Source: Anaerolineae bacterium
GTDB taxonomy: Bacteria > Chloroflexota > Anaerolineae > Anaerolineales > UBA4823
Length of the DNA: 64,000 bases
Assembly: GCA_041301185.1 (NCBI GenBank)
Contig: JBFYSV010000347.1
Location: 1,697-65,696, forward strand
Reading direction: 5' to 3'
Both the position numbers and the translations under genes were made by a program. The notes beneath the pieces were generated by a model, which saw only the letters and a list, made by a program, of their open reading frames with translations, was not told the origin of the DNA and ran no database searches. How positions within the stretch are numbered: the first letter of the stretch is position 1; each line of letters opens with the position of its first letter. This document shows, piece after piece, positions 18,420 through 27,584 of this stretch.

Positions 18420-19228
18420 TCGTCCTCATCCGTGGCGGTGGAGACCTGGCAAGTGGGGTGGCGTTGCGCCTGCAACACTGTGGAATTCGCGTGGTGATTT
18501 CTGAGCTCGAGCAACCCCTGGCGATCCGCCGGCTTGTCTCCTTCTCGCAGGCAATCTACACTGGTGAAACCAGTGTGGAAGGGATAACCGCCAGGCGCGT
18601 GCTGGACCCAACTGATACCCTGCGAGTTCTGCAAGTGCTGGCAAAAGGACATATCCCGGTTCTGATCGACCCGGAAGGCCAGGCAATCAAAGCGCTGCAC
18701 CCCTATGTGGTGGTTGACGCGCGCATGCTCAAAACGATGGTGGAATTAATCCCAACCCAGGTCGAGTTGATCATTGGCCTGGGGCCCGGATTCGTCACCG
18801 GGCAGAACTGCCATGCAGTGATCGAAACCAAACGAGGACACTATCTGGGCAGGGTGATCTGGCAGGGAGGTGCTGAGGGGGATAGCGGCATCCCTGAGGC
18901 TGTCAATTCAATGGACAAGGGCCGGGTGCTCAGAGCACCGAATGACGGGGTTCTCCAGGCACATGCCGAAATCGGCGAGCATCTCTCCGCAGGGCAACTG
19001 GTAGCAGAGGTTGATGGTCAAGCAGTTTATGCGCCGTTTCCTGGAGTATTGCGCGGCATGCTTCACCCGGGGATCATCGTGAAAAACGGCATGAAAATTG
19101 GTGATGTGGACCCCAGGGATGATCCGGCTTATTGCCGGATGGTCTCCGATAAAGCCCTGGCAATTGGCGGTGGAGTCCTGGAAGCAATTTTATCTCGCCC
19201 GGAGCTAAGACCTCACCTATGGTCTTAA
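18416..19228 (+). CDS. yqeB: YqeB/EF2563-family selenium-dependent molybdenum hydroxylase system protein
   Basis: N-terminus [62 protein letters not shown] matches my recollection of the TIGR03309 family signature. ATGA overlap with the large-subunit gene. Confidence 0.75.
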   Translation: MIVLIRGGGDLASGVALRLQHCGIRVVISELEQPLAIRRLVSFSQAIYTGETSVEGITARRVLDPTDTLRVLQVLAKGHIPVLIDPEGQAIKALHPYVVVDARMLKTMVELIPTQVELIIGLGPGFVTGQNCHAVIETKRGHYLGRVIWQGGAEGDSGIPEAVNSMDKGRVLRAPNDGVLQAHAEIGEHLSAGQLVAEVDGQAVYAPFPGVLRGMLHPGIIVKNGMKIGDVDPRDDPAYCRMVSDKALAIGGGVLEAILSRPELRPHLWS

Positions 19229-20607
19229 GCCTGCCTGTCCCCGGTATGATTAATCTGGCAAGTGCTCTCAACGCAACAAAATATTGCTGCCTGGCATTCG
19301 TGGGGGCGGGTGGTAAATCCAGCGCGATGTTTCAGGTAGCGGAGGGGTTATCGCCACCGGTGATCCTGGCGGTAACCACCCACCTGGCAATATCCCAGAC
19401 ATCTATAGCAGACCGGTGGGTGGTCGCACAAACTGCTTCGGATTTGCCCGAGGCTGGAGCGATTTCGGGCTTACGGGTTTTGTTCACCGGTCCACAGGAC
19501 CACCCGGAGAAAGTAGGGGGTGTGTCCAGCGGTGTGCTGGAGCGGATCTGGCATCTGGCTGCGGACCTCAATTGCCAATTGTTGGTCGAAGCAGATGGCT
19601 CCCGGCAATTGCCGCTCAAAGCGCCTGCCGAACATGAACCGGTTATCCCACCCTTCAGTGACCTGGTTGTTGTTGTAGCCGGGCTATCTGGATTGGGCAA
19701 ACCCCTCGACGAGAGGTGGGTTCACAGGCTGGACCGCTACGCCAGGCTATCTGGTCTGGAGCGAGGGCAGACGATAACCGTCGAAGCAATAGCCCAGGTT
19801 TTGCTGCACCCACTCGGGGGAATGCGGAATATCCCTGCCGGTTCGCGCAAGGTGGCTTTACTGAATCAGGCTGATGCCCCCCACCTGCAGGCGCAGGCAA
19901 AAAAATTGGCAGGCATGTTGTTAGGGGAATTCGATGCCGTCCTGGTCACCCGCTTAAGAACTGGCACCGACCCAGGTGAAGCATCCAGTGGAGATTCCCA
20001 ACCTAATGGGGTTCTTGCAGTTCATCAACGGATCGGCGGTGTAGTCCTGGCTGCAGGTGGAGCGCGCCGTTATGGAGCGCCAAAGCTGCTCTTGCCCTGG
20101 AAGGGCGAAGCGATTGTTCGCCAGGTGGTAAAGACTGCCCTATCGGCGGGGCTCAGCCCGGTTGTCGTGGTGGCTGGCGAACAGATTGACGAAATCCGCG
20201 ATGCAGTATCTGATCTGGATGTGAAGCTGGTTCACAACCTAGATTGGGAGAGCGGGCAGAGCAGCTCTGTAAAGGCAGGTATTGGCGCAATACCAGCCAA
20301 CGCGGGAGGTTGTATATTTATGCTGGGGGACCAACCAAGAATACCCCCGGCGCTGGTGAGTGCGTTGGTTGAAAAGCACGCTGCCAGCCTGTCACCGCTT
20401 GTAGCGCCGCTTGTAGACGGTCAGCGAGGCAATCCTGTATTGTTTGACCGTGAGACTTTTCCGGACTTTTTGACATTAAGCGGTGATGCTGGGGGGAGGT
20501 CCTTGTTTTCTCGCTACCCGGTGGAGTGGGTTCCCTGGCACGACGCGGGTGTGTTGATGGATGTGGATACTCCACAGGATTACCAGCGGCTGAAAGATGC
20601 AGCTTGA
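19219..20607 (+). CDS. Fusion of YqeC-like selenium-dependent hydroxylase accessory protein (N) and MobA/MocA-like molybdenum cofactor nucleotidyltransferase (C)
   Basis: N part: P-loop-like FVGAGGKSSAMF, AVTTHL, VEADGSRQLPLKAP, NQAD. C part from about aa 272: GVVLAAGGARRYGAPKLLLPW...VVVVAG...GDQP, a MobA-like NTP transferase. Confidence 0.75.
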   Translation: MVLSLPVPGMINLASALNATKYCCLAFVGAGGKSSAMFQVAEGLSPPVILAVTTHLAISQTSIADRWVVAQTASDLPEAGAISGLRVLFTGPQDHPEKVGGVSSGVLERIWHLAADLNCQLLVEADGSRQLPLKAPAEHEPVIPPFSDLVVVVAGLSGLGKPLDERWVHRLDRYARLSGLERGQTITVEAIAQVLLHPLGGMRNIPAGSRKVALLNQADAPHLQAQAKKLAGMLLGEFDAVLVTRLRTGTDPGEASSGDSQPNGVLAVHQRIGGVVLAAGGARRYGAPKLLLPWKGEAIVRQVVKTALSAGLSPVVVVAGEQIDEIRDAVSDLDVKLVHNLDWESGQSSSVKAGIGAIPANAGGCIFMLGDQPRIPPALVSALVEKHAASLSPLVAPLVDGQRGNPVLFDRETFPDFLTLSGDAGGRSLFSRYPVEWVPWHDAGVLMDVDTPQDYQRLKDAA

Positions 20608-20637
20608 AATTCCGGCAGGTATTGCGAGTTTTGTCGC

Positions 20638-20667
20638 TTGACTCCAGGGTAATTTTTGCCGTAGAAT
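20638..20667 (+). promoter_or_regulatory. Candidate promoter for the REC-thpR-rsfS genes
   Basis: TTGACT, an 18-nt spacer, then TAGAAT. Confidence 0.4.
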
Positions 20668-20748
20668 CGTCAATAATTCGATTTACCATGATCGAACTTC
20701 AATATTTGGTCCGGTTTTTTGGGAAATCAGTTTGGGAGCTTGAAATCC

Positions 20749-21126
20749 ATGTTATCTCTACCTAAAGTCGTGGTTGTCGTGGATGATGAACCAGAGACCA
20801 CTGAGATGATTTCCGAGATGGTACGTCTTAGCGGTTGCCAGGCAATCCCTTCTTTTGGTGGAACGCCGGCTATGAACCTGATCGCCCGGGAGAAGCCGGA
20901 TGCGGTGGTGCTGGATGTGATGATGCCTGATCTTTCCGGATACGATGTGCTGCGCTTTATCCGCAAAGATCCCCGGCTCAAGCATATTCCCGTGATCTTG
21001 GTATCTGCCCGGAGTCGGCCAGAAGACATCCGGGAAGGGCTGAATGCAGGAGCCGAGGTGTACCTGACGAAACCAGTGGCATTTGCAGACTTGCGGCAGG
21101 CGGTGCAGAAGGCAACTGCAAATTGA
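20749..21126 (+). CDS. Single-domain response regulator (CheY-like receiver)
   Basis: VVVVDDEPE, phospho-acceptor context VVLDVMMPDLSG, VSARS and YLTKP. The ORF opens at TTG 20719, but ATG 20749 is the likelier start. Confidence 0.85.
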   Translation: MLSLPKVVVVVDDEPETTEMISEMVRLSGCQAIPSFGGTPAMNLIAREKPDAVVLDVMMPDLSGYDVLRFIRKDPRLKHIPVILVSARSRPEDIREGLNAGAEVYLTKPVAFADLRQAVQKATAN

Positions 21127-21147
21127 TGAGAAAGTTGAGCTGATTGG

Positions 21148-21744
21148 ATGTCGGTAATCCGGGCATTTATTGCGATCAATATCTCGCCTGAGATCAAGCA
21201 ACGATTGACCGTACTCTCGGGAGATCTTCAACGCGTTTTGGGCGGGGTGCCTGTTCGCTGGGTTCCGGTCGAAAACATCCACCTGACCTTGAAATTCCTG
21301 GGCGATGTCTCTGAAACAAACCTGGAATTGCTAAAAAAAATGATGAAGAGTGAAGCTGCTGAGCATCCGGTATTTGAGCTTAGCGCTGGAGAGTTGGGTG
21401 CATTTCCAACGATACGCAGGCCGCGGGTGATTTGGGTGAACATCCAGGCGCCGGCAGAGCTGGTTAGTTTGCAACGGGGCATTGATCATGAGACAGCCCG
21501 CCTGGGTTATGCCCGAGAAGATCGCCCTTTCTCAGCGCATCTTACGTTAGGGCGAGTCTCTCGGAATGCAAATGTGAATGACCTGCGCAAGATCAGCGAG
21601 GAACTGTCTTCATTCAAAGTGGGTTTCATTGGTGCTGCAAATGTGCAGCAGGTGCATTTATATCGCAGTGACTTACAGCCATCCGGTGCGATCTATACGC
21701 TCATATATTCTGCCGGTTTGGCTGCTTCTAGCGAGAATCATTAA
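21148..21744 (+). CDS. thpR: RNA 2',3'-cyclic phosphodiesterase (2H family, ThpR/LigT)
   Basis: Two HxT/S motifs, HLTLKFLG and HLTLGRV, at the expected spacing. Confidence 0.85.
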   Translation: MSVIRAFIAINISPEIKQRLTVLSGDLQRVLGGVPVRWVPVENIHLTLKFLGDVSETNLELLKKMMKSEAAEHPVFELSAGELGAFPTIRRPRVIWVNIQAPAELVSLQRGIDHETARLGYAREDRPFSAHLTLGRVSRNANVNDLRKISEELSSFKVGFIGAANVQQVHLYRSDLQPSGAIYTLIYSAGLAASSENH

Positions 21745-21814
21745 ATTTGCCTGATCAGATAACTGATGAAATTGGAGGTGACTTCTGGACGCTTTAGATT
21801 TATCCCGCACAATT

Positions 21815-22129
21815 GTGAATGTAATCGAAGAGAGAAAAGGTGAAAATATTGTCTTACTCGACATCCAGGGTTTAGCCCCATTTGCTGATTATTTTGTCAT
21901 TTGCTCCGGCTCCAGCGATCGTATGCTCCAGGCTTTAGCAGACGCGGCGGTAGAAAAGGTCCACAAGCAGTACCAATTACCGGCGAGAGTCGAGGGCATT
22001 CCCCAAGAAGGCTGGGTGCTGGTCGATTTTGGGGATGTGATCTTGCATCTATTCTCCCCCAACCGTCGTGATTATTACCGGTTAGAAGAATTGTGGGCGC
22101 AAGGGAAAGTATTGGTCCGCCTGCAATAA
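21815..22129 (+). CDS. rsfS: Ribosome silencing factor RsfS (iojap family)
   Basis: KGENIVLLDIQGLAPFADYFVICSGSSDRMLQALADA...WVLVDFGDVILHLF. The true start may be CTG 21785 (see findings). Confidence 0.85.
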   Translation: MNVIEERKGENIVLLDIQGLAPFADYFVICSGSSDRMLQALADAAVEKVHKQYQLPARVEGIPQEGWVLVDFGDVILHLFSPNRRDYYRLEELWAQGKVLVRLQ

Positions 22130-22133
22130 ACAC

Positions 22134-22172
22134 CCGCAGATTGCGTCCGTATATTGCGGCCGCAATTTGCGG
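22134..22172. terminator. Hairpin between convergent rsfS and SDR genes
   Basis: CCGCAGATTGCG / CGCAATTTGCGG (12 bp, one G-U pair). The loop contains the palindrome ATTGCGGCCGCAAT. Confidence 0.45.
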
Positions 22173-22178
22173 CTGCTA

Positions 22179-22970
22179 TCAAAAAACCCCTTTATACATC
22201 CCGCCATCTACTGATAACATGACGCCGGTAATATAGCTGGCGGCAGGAGACAGGAGAAAGACGGCTGCGTTGGCAAACTCATTTGGAGAGCCCATGCGGT
22301 TAAAGGCGCTATCTTTGGACTGCCGGGCGATTTCTTCTTCGATTGTCCCGCCGCTGATACTGGCGCGGTGAGCCATCAATTCGTAGACGCGCTCGGTCTC
22401 TGTCCAGGCGGGCAATATGGAGTTAAAGCGAATGCCCTCCGAGCCCAGCTCCAACGCCAGGGATTTTGTCAGACCCACGGTAGCCGCTCGAATACTGTTG
22501 GACAGCACCAGGTTGGGGATAGGCTGCTTGACGGAGTAGGAGGTGATGGTCAGCACGCTGGCAGCCGCGGACCGTCTCAAGTGCGGGACGGCAGCCCGGA
22601 TCAAGCGGACGTGGCTTAACAGGCTCAACTCCACCGCTCTCTCCCAGGTGGCGTCGTCGAAATCAATGAATTTACCCGCTGGTGGCCCCCCTGAGTTAGT
22701 GACCAGCAAATCAAGCCCGGCAAAGTCAGCCACCGTTTGCTGTACCAGTTGGTCCGCGCTGGCGGGCTGGGTCACATCCCCGGAAAGTGGCAGGATGGTT
22801 GCCCCTGTCGCAGCCCTTATCTTATCGGCAGCGGCGGAGATGCTCTCGGCGTTGCGGCTGTTGATCGCCACCTGGCAGCCTTCTGCCGCCAGGCCGAGCG
22901 CCGTAGCATAACCCAGACCTCGGCTGGCGCCTGTCACCAATGCAGTTTTTCCGGATAACTTGAGATCCAT
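22179..22970 (-). CDS. Short-chain dehydrogenase/reductase (SDR)
   Basis: TGASRGLG cofactor motif, NSGG, a catalytic Ser/Tyr/Lys region, and the C-terminal ASYITGVMLSVDGG. Confidence 0.9.
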   Translation of the reverse strand: MDLKLSGKTALVTGASRGLGYATALGLAAEGCQVAINSRNAESISAAADKIRAATGATILPLSGDVTQPASADQLVQQTVADFAGLDLLVTNSGGPPAGKFIDFDDATWERAVELSLLSHVRLIRAAVPHLRRSAAASVLTITSYSVKQPIPNLVLSNSIRAATVGLTKSLALELGSEGIRFNSILPAWTETERVYELMAHRASISGGTIEEEIARQSKDSAFNRMGSPNEFANAAVFLLSPAASYITGVMLSVDGGMYKGVF

Positions 22971-22984
22971 ATTTACCTCGCTGG

Positions 22985-23269
22985 TTAGAAGATTTCTATT
23001 TCCTCACTGGATACATCCACATCCGGCCAGGAGTGATCGATCCATTCCAGCACATGTTGCAGTGCTCGCTGAGTGTGGCGGTGATCGTTGCTGACCAGTG
23101 CGCAGGCGATCATTGCCTCTTGCCAGGAATCGTTCTGCTCCATCTCGGCTACCGAGATATTAAACTCGCGGTGTAAGCGCGCCAGGAGAGGCTTGAGGCG
23201 GCTGCGTTTTTCTTTAAGGGATGTACAGCCAGGCAGGTGCAAGTGCAGGGTTAGCACGCCAACTGACAT
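22985..23269 (-). CDS. DUF503 (YlxP-like) small protein
   Basis: 94 aa. LHLHLPGCTSLKEKRSRLKPLLARLHREFNISVAE is the characteristic DUF503 opening. Confidence 0.75.
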   Translation of the reverse strand: MSVGVLTLHLHLPGCTSLKEKRSRLKPLLARLHREFNISVAEMEQNDSWQEAMIACALVSNDHRHTQRALQHVLEWIDHSWPDVDVSSEEIEIF

Positions 23270-23270
23270 C

Positions 23271-24122
23271 CTAGATCCTGTTGTTCCACTCCGGGTTGGA
23301 GTATTTTTCGATTATGAGCTGCTCAGCCCGTACAAGCTCTTTACGGGTCAGGTCACCGGGCTGTAAATCCAGATTCAGGATCCGCTGAAAGGCCTGGATA
23401 AATGCCTGTGAGACGGTCTGCCAATCCAGACGTCGCCGTATGATCATTTCCACCGTGGTGGCACGTTCTAGTATCCGAGCGGCAGCCGCGGCTCTTTGGG
23501 TTTCATCCGGAAAGGAGAGCACCTGGACAATGCGCGTCAGATCGCCAAACAGCGGTAGCGAGCCGTGTTGCAGGACGCCCTCCCTCCGGCGCGCCTGGGC
23601 GCTACCGAGGATTTTCTTACCGTTGGCAACGATTTCATAGCTGGAGGGAACCTCGAAACAGACTGGTCCATTCATGATCTGGGAGTCTGGTTCTGGATTA
23701 TCCTGGTGGTTGATGGCTGGGTTTTTCGTTTCGGCAGGGATGGATAACTGGTGCAGGGCTTCGAGTAACGCGCTGGAGAGCACCTGATAGCTCTCCAGAA
23801 CACTACCGGCGAGGCGAGGCTCTTCCTGCGGGCTGATGACCGAGTAAGTTAATTCGTCTGTGTGCAGGATGGCGCGCCCACCGGTAGGGCGGCGGACGAT
23901 ACCCCAGCCAAGTTGCGCCAGGCGAGCCGGATCAACATCCGAGGCAGGCTGCGCATAGCCTATAGACAAGCAGGGCTTATGCCAGGCATACAAGCGCAGC
24001 GTAGGAACCATGCCCTGGTCGCCTAGTGATTGCAATATCGCCTCGTCAATAGCCATATTCCATTCACCACGCGCAGGCGGCGTGATCAAATATCTCCAGG
24101 TGGTCATTTCGAAAGATTTCAT
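23271..24122 (-). CDS. Lipoate-protein ligase / octanoyltransferase (BPL/LPL catalytic domain, LplA/LipM-like)
   Basis: RRPTGGRAILH, PVCFEVPSSYEI and GKKILGSAQARRREGVLQHGSLPL. Confidence 0.85.
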   Translation of the reverse strand: MKSFEMTTWRYLITPPARGEWNMAIDEAILQSLGDQGMVPTLRLYAWHKPCLSIGYAQPASDVDPARLAQLGWGIVRRPTGGRAILHTDELTYSVISPQEEPRLAGSVLESYQVLSSALLEALHQLSIPAETKNPAINHQDNPEPDSQIMNGPVCFEVPSSYEIVANGKKILGSAQARRREGVLQHGSLPLFGDLTRIVQVLSFPDETQRAAAAARILERATTVEMIIRRRLDWQTVSQAFIQAFQRILNLDLQPGDLTRKELVRAEQLIIEKYSNPEWNNRI

Positions 24123-26482
24123 GGTGCTGGATACGGAGTAGCTGAAGGAATAACCGTTGGGGAGGGGGTTTGGGTCGCGTTGGGATCGGGGGTCGGCGTA
24201 GCGGTTGGCGGTGTGCCAGTGACCGTGGGCGTATTTGTAATTGCCAACGTGAGGGTTATGGTGGGTGTGGCGCTGGGGATAAAGGCAGGACCTTTCAACC
24301 GCAAGCGAGCCATAGTTGTATATGGGCTTCTCGAATAGTCAAACCATAATTTCAGCAAGTATTCAATGGCTGTCTGCGGGTCGCCGGCTAATTCTGAGAC
24401 GAGAGCCACTGCATAGTAATAGCGGTCACAACTCCAGGTCGGCTGGCAGAGCAGTCCGGGATAGATTTGCAAATCGAGCAAGCGTTGCTGAATGTCTTCC
24501 GGCGATGCTCCGTTGAATAGGTCTGCCAGGGCAGCTTCCAATCCGTCGGTAAACCGATTAGGCCAAAACCGTGGCAGTTGAGGGAAATCCAGGTAAGGCT
24601 GCAAAGTCCCGGGCAGTCGATTCATCTGGAACGCAGTTTCTCCATTCAATAGGGTCACCGGGGGTAGTTCATCATCCTGGTAGGGTTGTAAGTCTGGGAG
24701 ATTCGAGTCGATCTGATCGACCATAAATACTTTGATCCCCTGGAGATAGCTGGCGAGAATCCAGAACTCGAGCTTCTCACCCGGGCGGTGCTGGACGGTG
24801 ATCCAGCTTTCCGTTGTGCCATCACCGTCAAAATCGTAATATCCCGATGAGCGCTGGGCGATCCCAGCCTGCCAGAGATACGACAAAATATCCGGATATT
24901 GGCTTGCCGGTAATGCCTCAACCATGTGTTTGAGTGCCTGGTCTGCAGCGCAGTAGGTATGTGTGACACATGCCCGATACAGATCCGCCGGGCTGCGGTA
25001 GACCTCCAAAAACTGGCGGGCAGGCTCGATCCAGCGACTGGTAAGTGTGGCTGGATTCTCGATGATTGCGTTCAGTTGGCTCGTCGCCTGATCAAAGTCA
25101 CCGTTCAAGGCATGATAGATGCCCAGGCGGAACCTCAGCTCGTCGCTGGCATCCACGGGGTAAGGGTCACCGTTAAGATCCGCCTCCGGCGGCCACTCGG
25201 GCAGCAGGGTCTCTGCAAGCAATATGCTTGGCCCGGCTCCCCACACGCGGTAGGCATGTTCCAGGACCTGGTCACAATAAGCCAGCGTCCCCCGGTTGGG
25301 CTGAAGCTGGTACTCTGCCGGTGAGCCTTCGAGCCACTCGCCGTTCCAGGTATAGCTCCGGCTGATCGTGACCGGGCAGAACGGGAAGACGTTGGTCTCA
25401 AAACGCAGCACGTTCCCCTGGCTGGAATCGGTCTCAGCAGACCAGCGTGGGGTGAAATCGGTGCCGACCGGTAGACTTGCCAGGGCAGGGTTAAAGGCAA
25501 GCTGCTCATACGGCGAAGCGGATAGGTCGAAGACCCGCGGCGGTTCCAGGATCAGCTCATCTCCCGCAGCCTGGGAATATACGACTATTTCCTGGATACC
25601 ATCCCCGGTCAGGTCGCTGCTAAACGCACCCAAGGGTGCAGGGTTGATAAAATTGAAATTGCTCTCCAGTACATGAGATTGAAACCCTGCGGGTGTCTCC
25701 AATAACAGGAAGATCGTTCCTCCAGCCAGATCAACATGTACCAGGTGGGTGCTCAGGTATCCTGGCAATGGATCCATCTGGATTACATTTATCTCCAAAC
25801 CGGGTTGCTTTTCCTGGATCCAGCTGGATAATTTCTTCAGGTCGGTCTCCTGACGGTTCAGAGCAGTCGTGACCAGCTGGGCGTATTGGTACCCAGCACC
25901 AGGATCGCCTGTGCGCGCCAGGCTGTATGCCAGGCTCCAGCGCCAGCGATCTGCCTGGGGAGACTGTGGGAACCGCAGCAGAGCTTCGTTTAATGCTAAC
26001 ACCGCATGCTGGAAAGCCGCGTAATAATTTTCATCATTCTCACCGCGTGCCTGGCGGGGTAGGGTGTTGGGATAATCGCCAACCAGGGCGATTACCTCAT
26101 CGGCTTTTTCTGCTGACCAGGGTAACAAGCTGTAAATATTCTCATCGACGATGGGGCGCGCCGGAGTCAGCGTGGGTGGTCCGACCGGGGTCGGGGTCTC
26201 GCTGGGCTCAGGCGTGAGGGATGGGGTTAACGTGGCGGTAGGGGTGAAGGTGGGGTGCCGTGTGGCAGTTGCCCGGGGAGTCTGGGTGATGGTGGGCGTC
26301 AGGCTTGGAGTTAGGGTGATGGTGCGAGTCAGGGTGAGGGTAGGGGTAAGTGTTGGGGGCGGTGCCAAAACTAGCGGATAAGCAGCCAATAGCACCAACA
26401 GGGTCAATATAAAGATAAAGATTATTCCCAGGCTGGTGAGAAGAAAGCGATTGCGGGCTGCGTTGCTCGGTGCTTCAGACAT
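24119..26482 (-). CDS. Large membrane-anchored extracytoplasmic protein with Thr/Pro-rich N- and C-terminal regions, unknown function
   Basis: 787 aa. One N-terminal TM, then about 80 aa of T/P/L repeats, a roughly 600-aa globular part with DLTGDGIQEIVVY and YDFDGDGTTE (FG-GAP/VCBS-like), and a T/P-rich tail. ATGA overlap with the ligase gene. Confidence 0.7.
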   Translation of the reverse strand: MSEAPSNAARNRFLLTSLGIIFIFILTLLVLLAAYPLVLAPPPTLTPTLTLTRTITLTPSLTPTITQTPRATATRHPTFTPTATLTPSLTPEPSETPTPVGPPTLTPARPIVDENIYSLLPWSAEKADEVIALVGDYPNTLPRQARGENDENYYAAFQHAVLALNEALLRFPQSPQADRWRWSLAYSLARTGDPGAGYQYAQLVTTALNRQETDLKKLSSWIQEKQPGLEINVIQMDPLPGYLSTHLVHVDLAGGTIFLLLETPAGFQSHVLESNFNFINPAPLGAFSSDLTGDGIQEIVVYSQAAGDELILEPPRVFDLSASPYEQLAFNPALASLPVGTDFTPRWSAETDSSQGNVLRFETNVFPFCPVTISRSYTWNGEWLEGSPAEYQLQPNRGTLAYCDQVLEHAYRVWGAGPSILLAETLLPEWPPEADLNGDPYPVDASDELRFRLGIYHALNGDFDQATSQLNAIIENPATLTSRWIEPARQFLEVYRSPADLYRACVTHTYCAADQALKHMVEALPASQYPDILSYLWQAGIAQRSSGYYDFDGDGTTESWITVQHRPGEKLEFWILASYLQGIKVFMVDQIDSNLPDLQPYQDDELPPVTLLNGETAFQMNRLPGTLQPYLDFPQLPRFWPNRFTDGLEAALADLFNGASPEDIQQRLLDLQIYPGLLCQPTWSCDRYYYAVALVSELAGDPQTAIEYLLKLWFDYSRSPYTTMARLRLKGPAFIPSATPTITLTLAITNTPTVTGTPPTATPTPDPNATQTPSPTVIPSATPYPAP

Positions 26483-27389
26483 TCTCCACCTGGTCCAGTT
26501 CGGCTGCAGCCAGATATTCGATATCTACGGGTAGGTCCAGCAACGGGGGTCGCACAGGCCAGCGGCGGAGGTGATGTCTCGAGCTTAGGAGAGCCTTCAA
26601 CACAGGTGGAGCGGGAGGATAGCGATCCAGGATTGTGCGGCAGGCATCCAGGCGAGCCTGTGCTTGCGGGTCTGCTGCACCTGCCAGGTGGGCATCCCAC
26701 ACTCGGCGCAGGTCTGGCGAGTAGAGGGTCGCCATGGCAGTGATGCAACCAGCTGCACCAGCCTGTAAGGCATGGCTGAAGAGACGGTCATTGCCATTGA
26801 ATACGACCAACTCGTGACCAAAATAGCTGCCCAAAATGGTTGCGTGCTCGGGGCTACCGGATGAATCTTTTATTCCCAAGAAGCGAGTTGGGTAGGCGTC
26901 TTTCAAACGCGAGATTAATTCGATTGAGAGCGGAACGCCAGATACACCCGGGATATGGTACCCAAGCAGTGCACCACCTTCAGGAACGGCGCGGTCGATG
27001 ATTCGGCTGAACCAGGAGAGCAATCCTTCATCGCTAACCTTGCGGAAGTAGTATGGGGGCAGCACAACCACCCCATCCAGACCAAGGTCAAAGGCAGAGC
27101 GGGTGTTCAGGATGGTCTCTTCCAGGCTGGGAGTGCCTGTCCCAGCAAGCAGACCGAAATCTGGAGCTACCTGGCGTACTCTCAATGCTGAGCGCATCAA
27201 TTCAGCTCGTTCATGGTGAGCGAAAGAAGGACCTTCGCCGGTCGTACCAAGCAAGAGGGCGCCATGACAACCGCGCTGTGCAAGGAATTCCAGGTAACCG
27301 GGGAGGGTATCGAGATCGATGGTTTGATCTCCTAACAGCGGGGTTAGCGCGGCGGCAAATACCCCCCTCATAGATTGGTTGATCATCAT
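26475..27389 (-). CDS. Dihydrodipicolinate synthase / N-acetylneuraminate lyase family (class I aldolase)
   Basis: AALTPL, LLGTTGEGPS, PPYYF and the Schiff-base lysine context GIKDSSG. Confidence 0.85.
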   Translation of the reverse strand: MMINQSMRGVFAAALTPLLGDQTIDLDTLPGYLEFLAQRGCHGALLLGTTGEGPSFAHHERAELMRSALRVRQVAPDFGLLAGTGTPSLEETILNTRSAFDLGLDGVVVLPPYYFRKVSDEGLLSWFSRIIDRAVPEGGALLGYHIPGVSGVPLSIELISRLKDAYPTRFLGIKDSSGSPEHATILGSYFGHELVVFNGNDRLFSHALQAGAAGCITAMATLYSPDLRRVWDAHLAGAADPQAQARLDACRTILDRYPPAPPVLKALLSSRHHLRRWPVRPPLLDLPVDIEYLAAAELDQVENV

Positions 27390-27543
27390 GGGCAGATTAT
27401 ACTGGATAATACGCCTGGGATTGCTCGGATACGCAGAGTGGTTGCCCCGCCGTAGCAGAAGATGAAATTCAGTAGAGGCTATAGCTAGAAAACACTGAAC
27501 AGCAATTCGCCCATTGTGAACATCTCTAACATCTTTATATACT

Positions 27544-27562
27544 TTGTCAATTTACTTGACAA
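27544..27562. promoter_or_regulatory. Inverted repeat TTGTCAA-N5-TTGACAA overlapping the -35 box; candidate operator
   Basis: Perfect 7-bp arms read directly from the sequence. AATTTAC(T)-like words recur at about 27550, 27586 and 27601. Confidence 0.4.
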
Positions 27563-27584
27563 TATGAAATATTTGGTATATAAT
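27556..27584 (+). promoter_or_regulatory. Consensus sigma-70-type promoter upstream of the ROK regulator
   Basis: TTGACA (27556-27561), a 17-nt spacer, then TATAAT (27579-27584) in an AT-rich intergenic region. Confidence 0.55.

Noticed and set aside
24030-24338. Gly/Val-rich ORFs (also at 26151-26381 + and 49778-49960 -).
   Set aside because: They are the reverse-complement reading of Thr/Pro-rich (ACN/CCN) linker-coding DNA in the real genes on the other strand.
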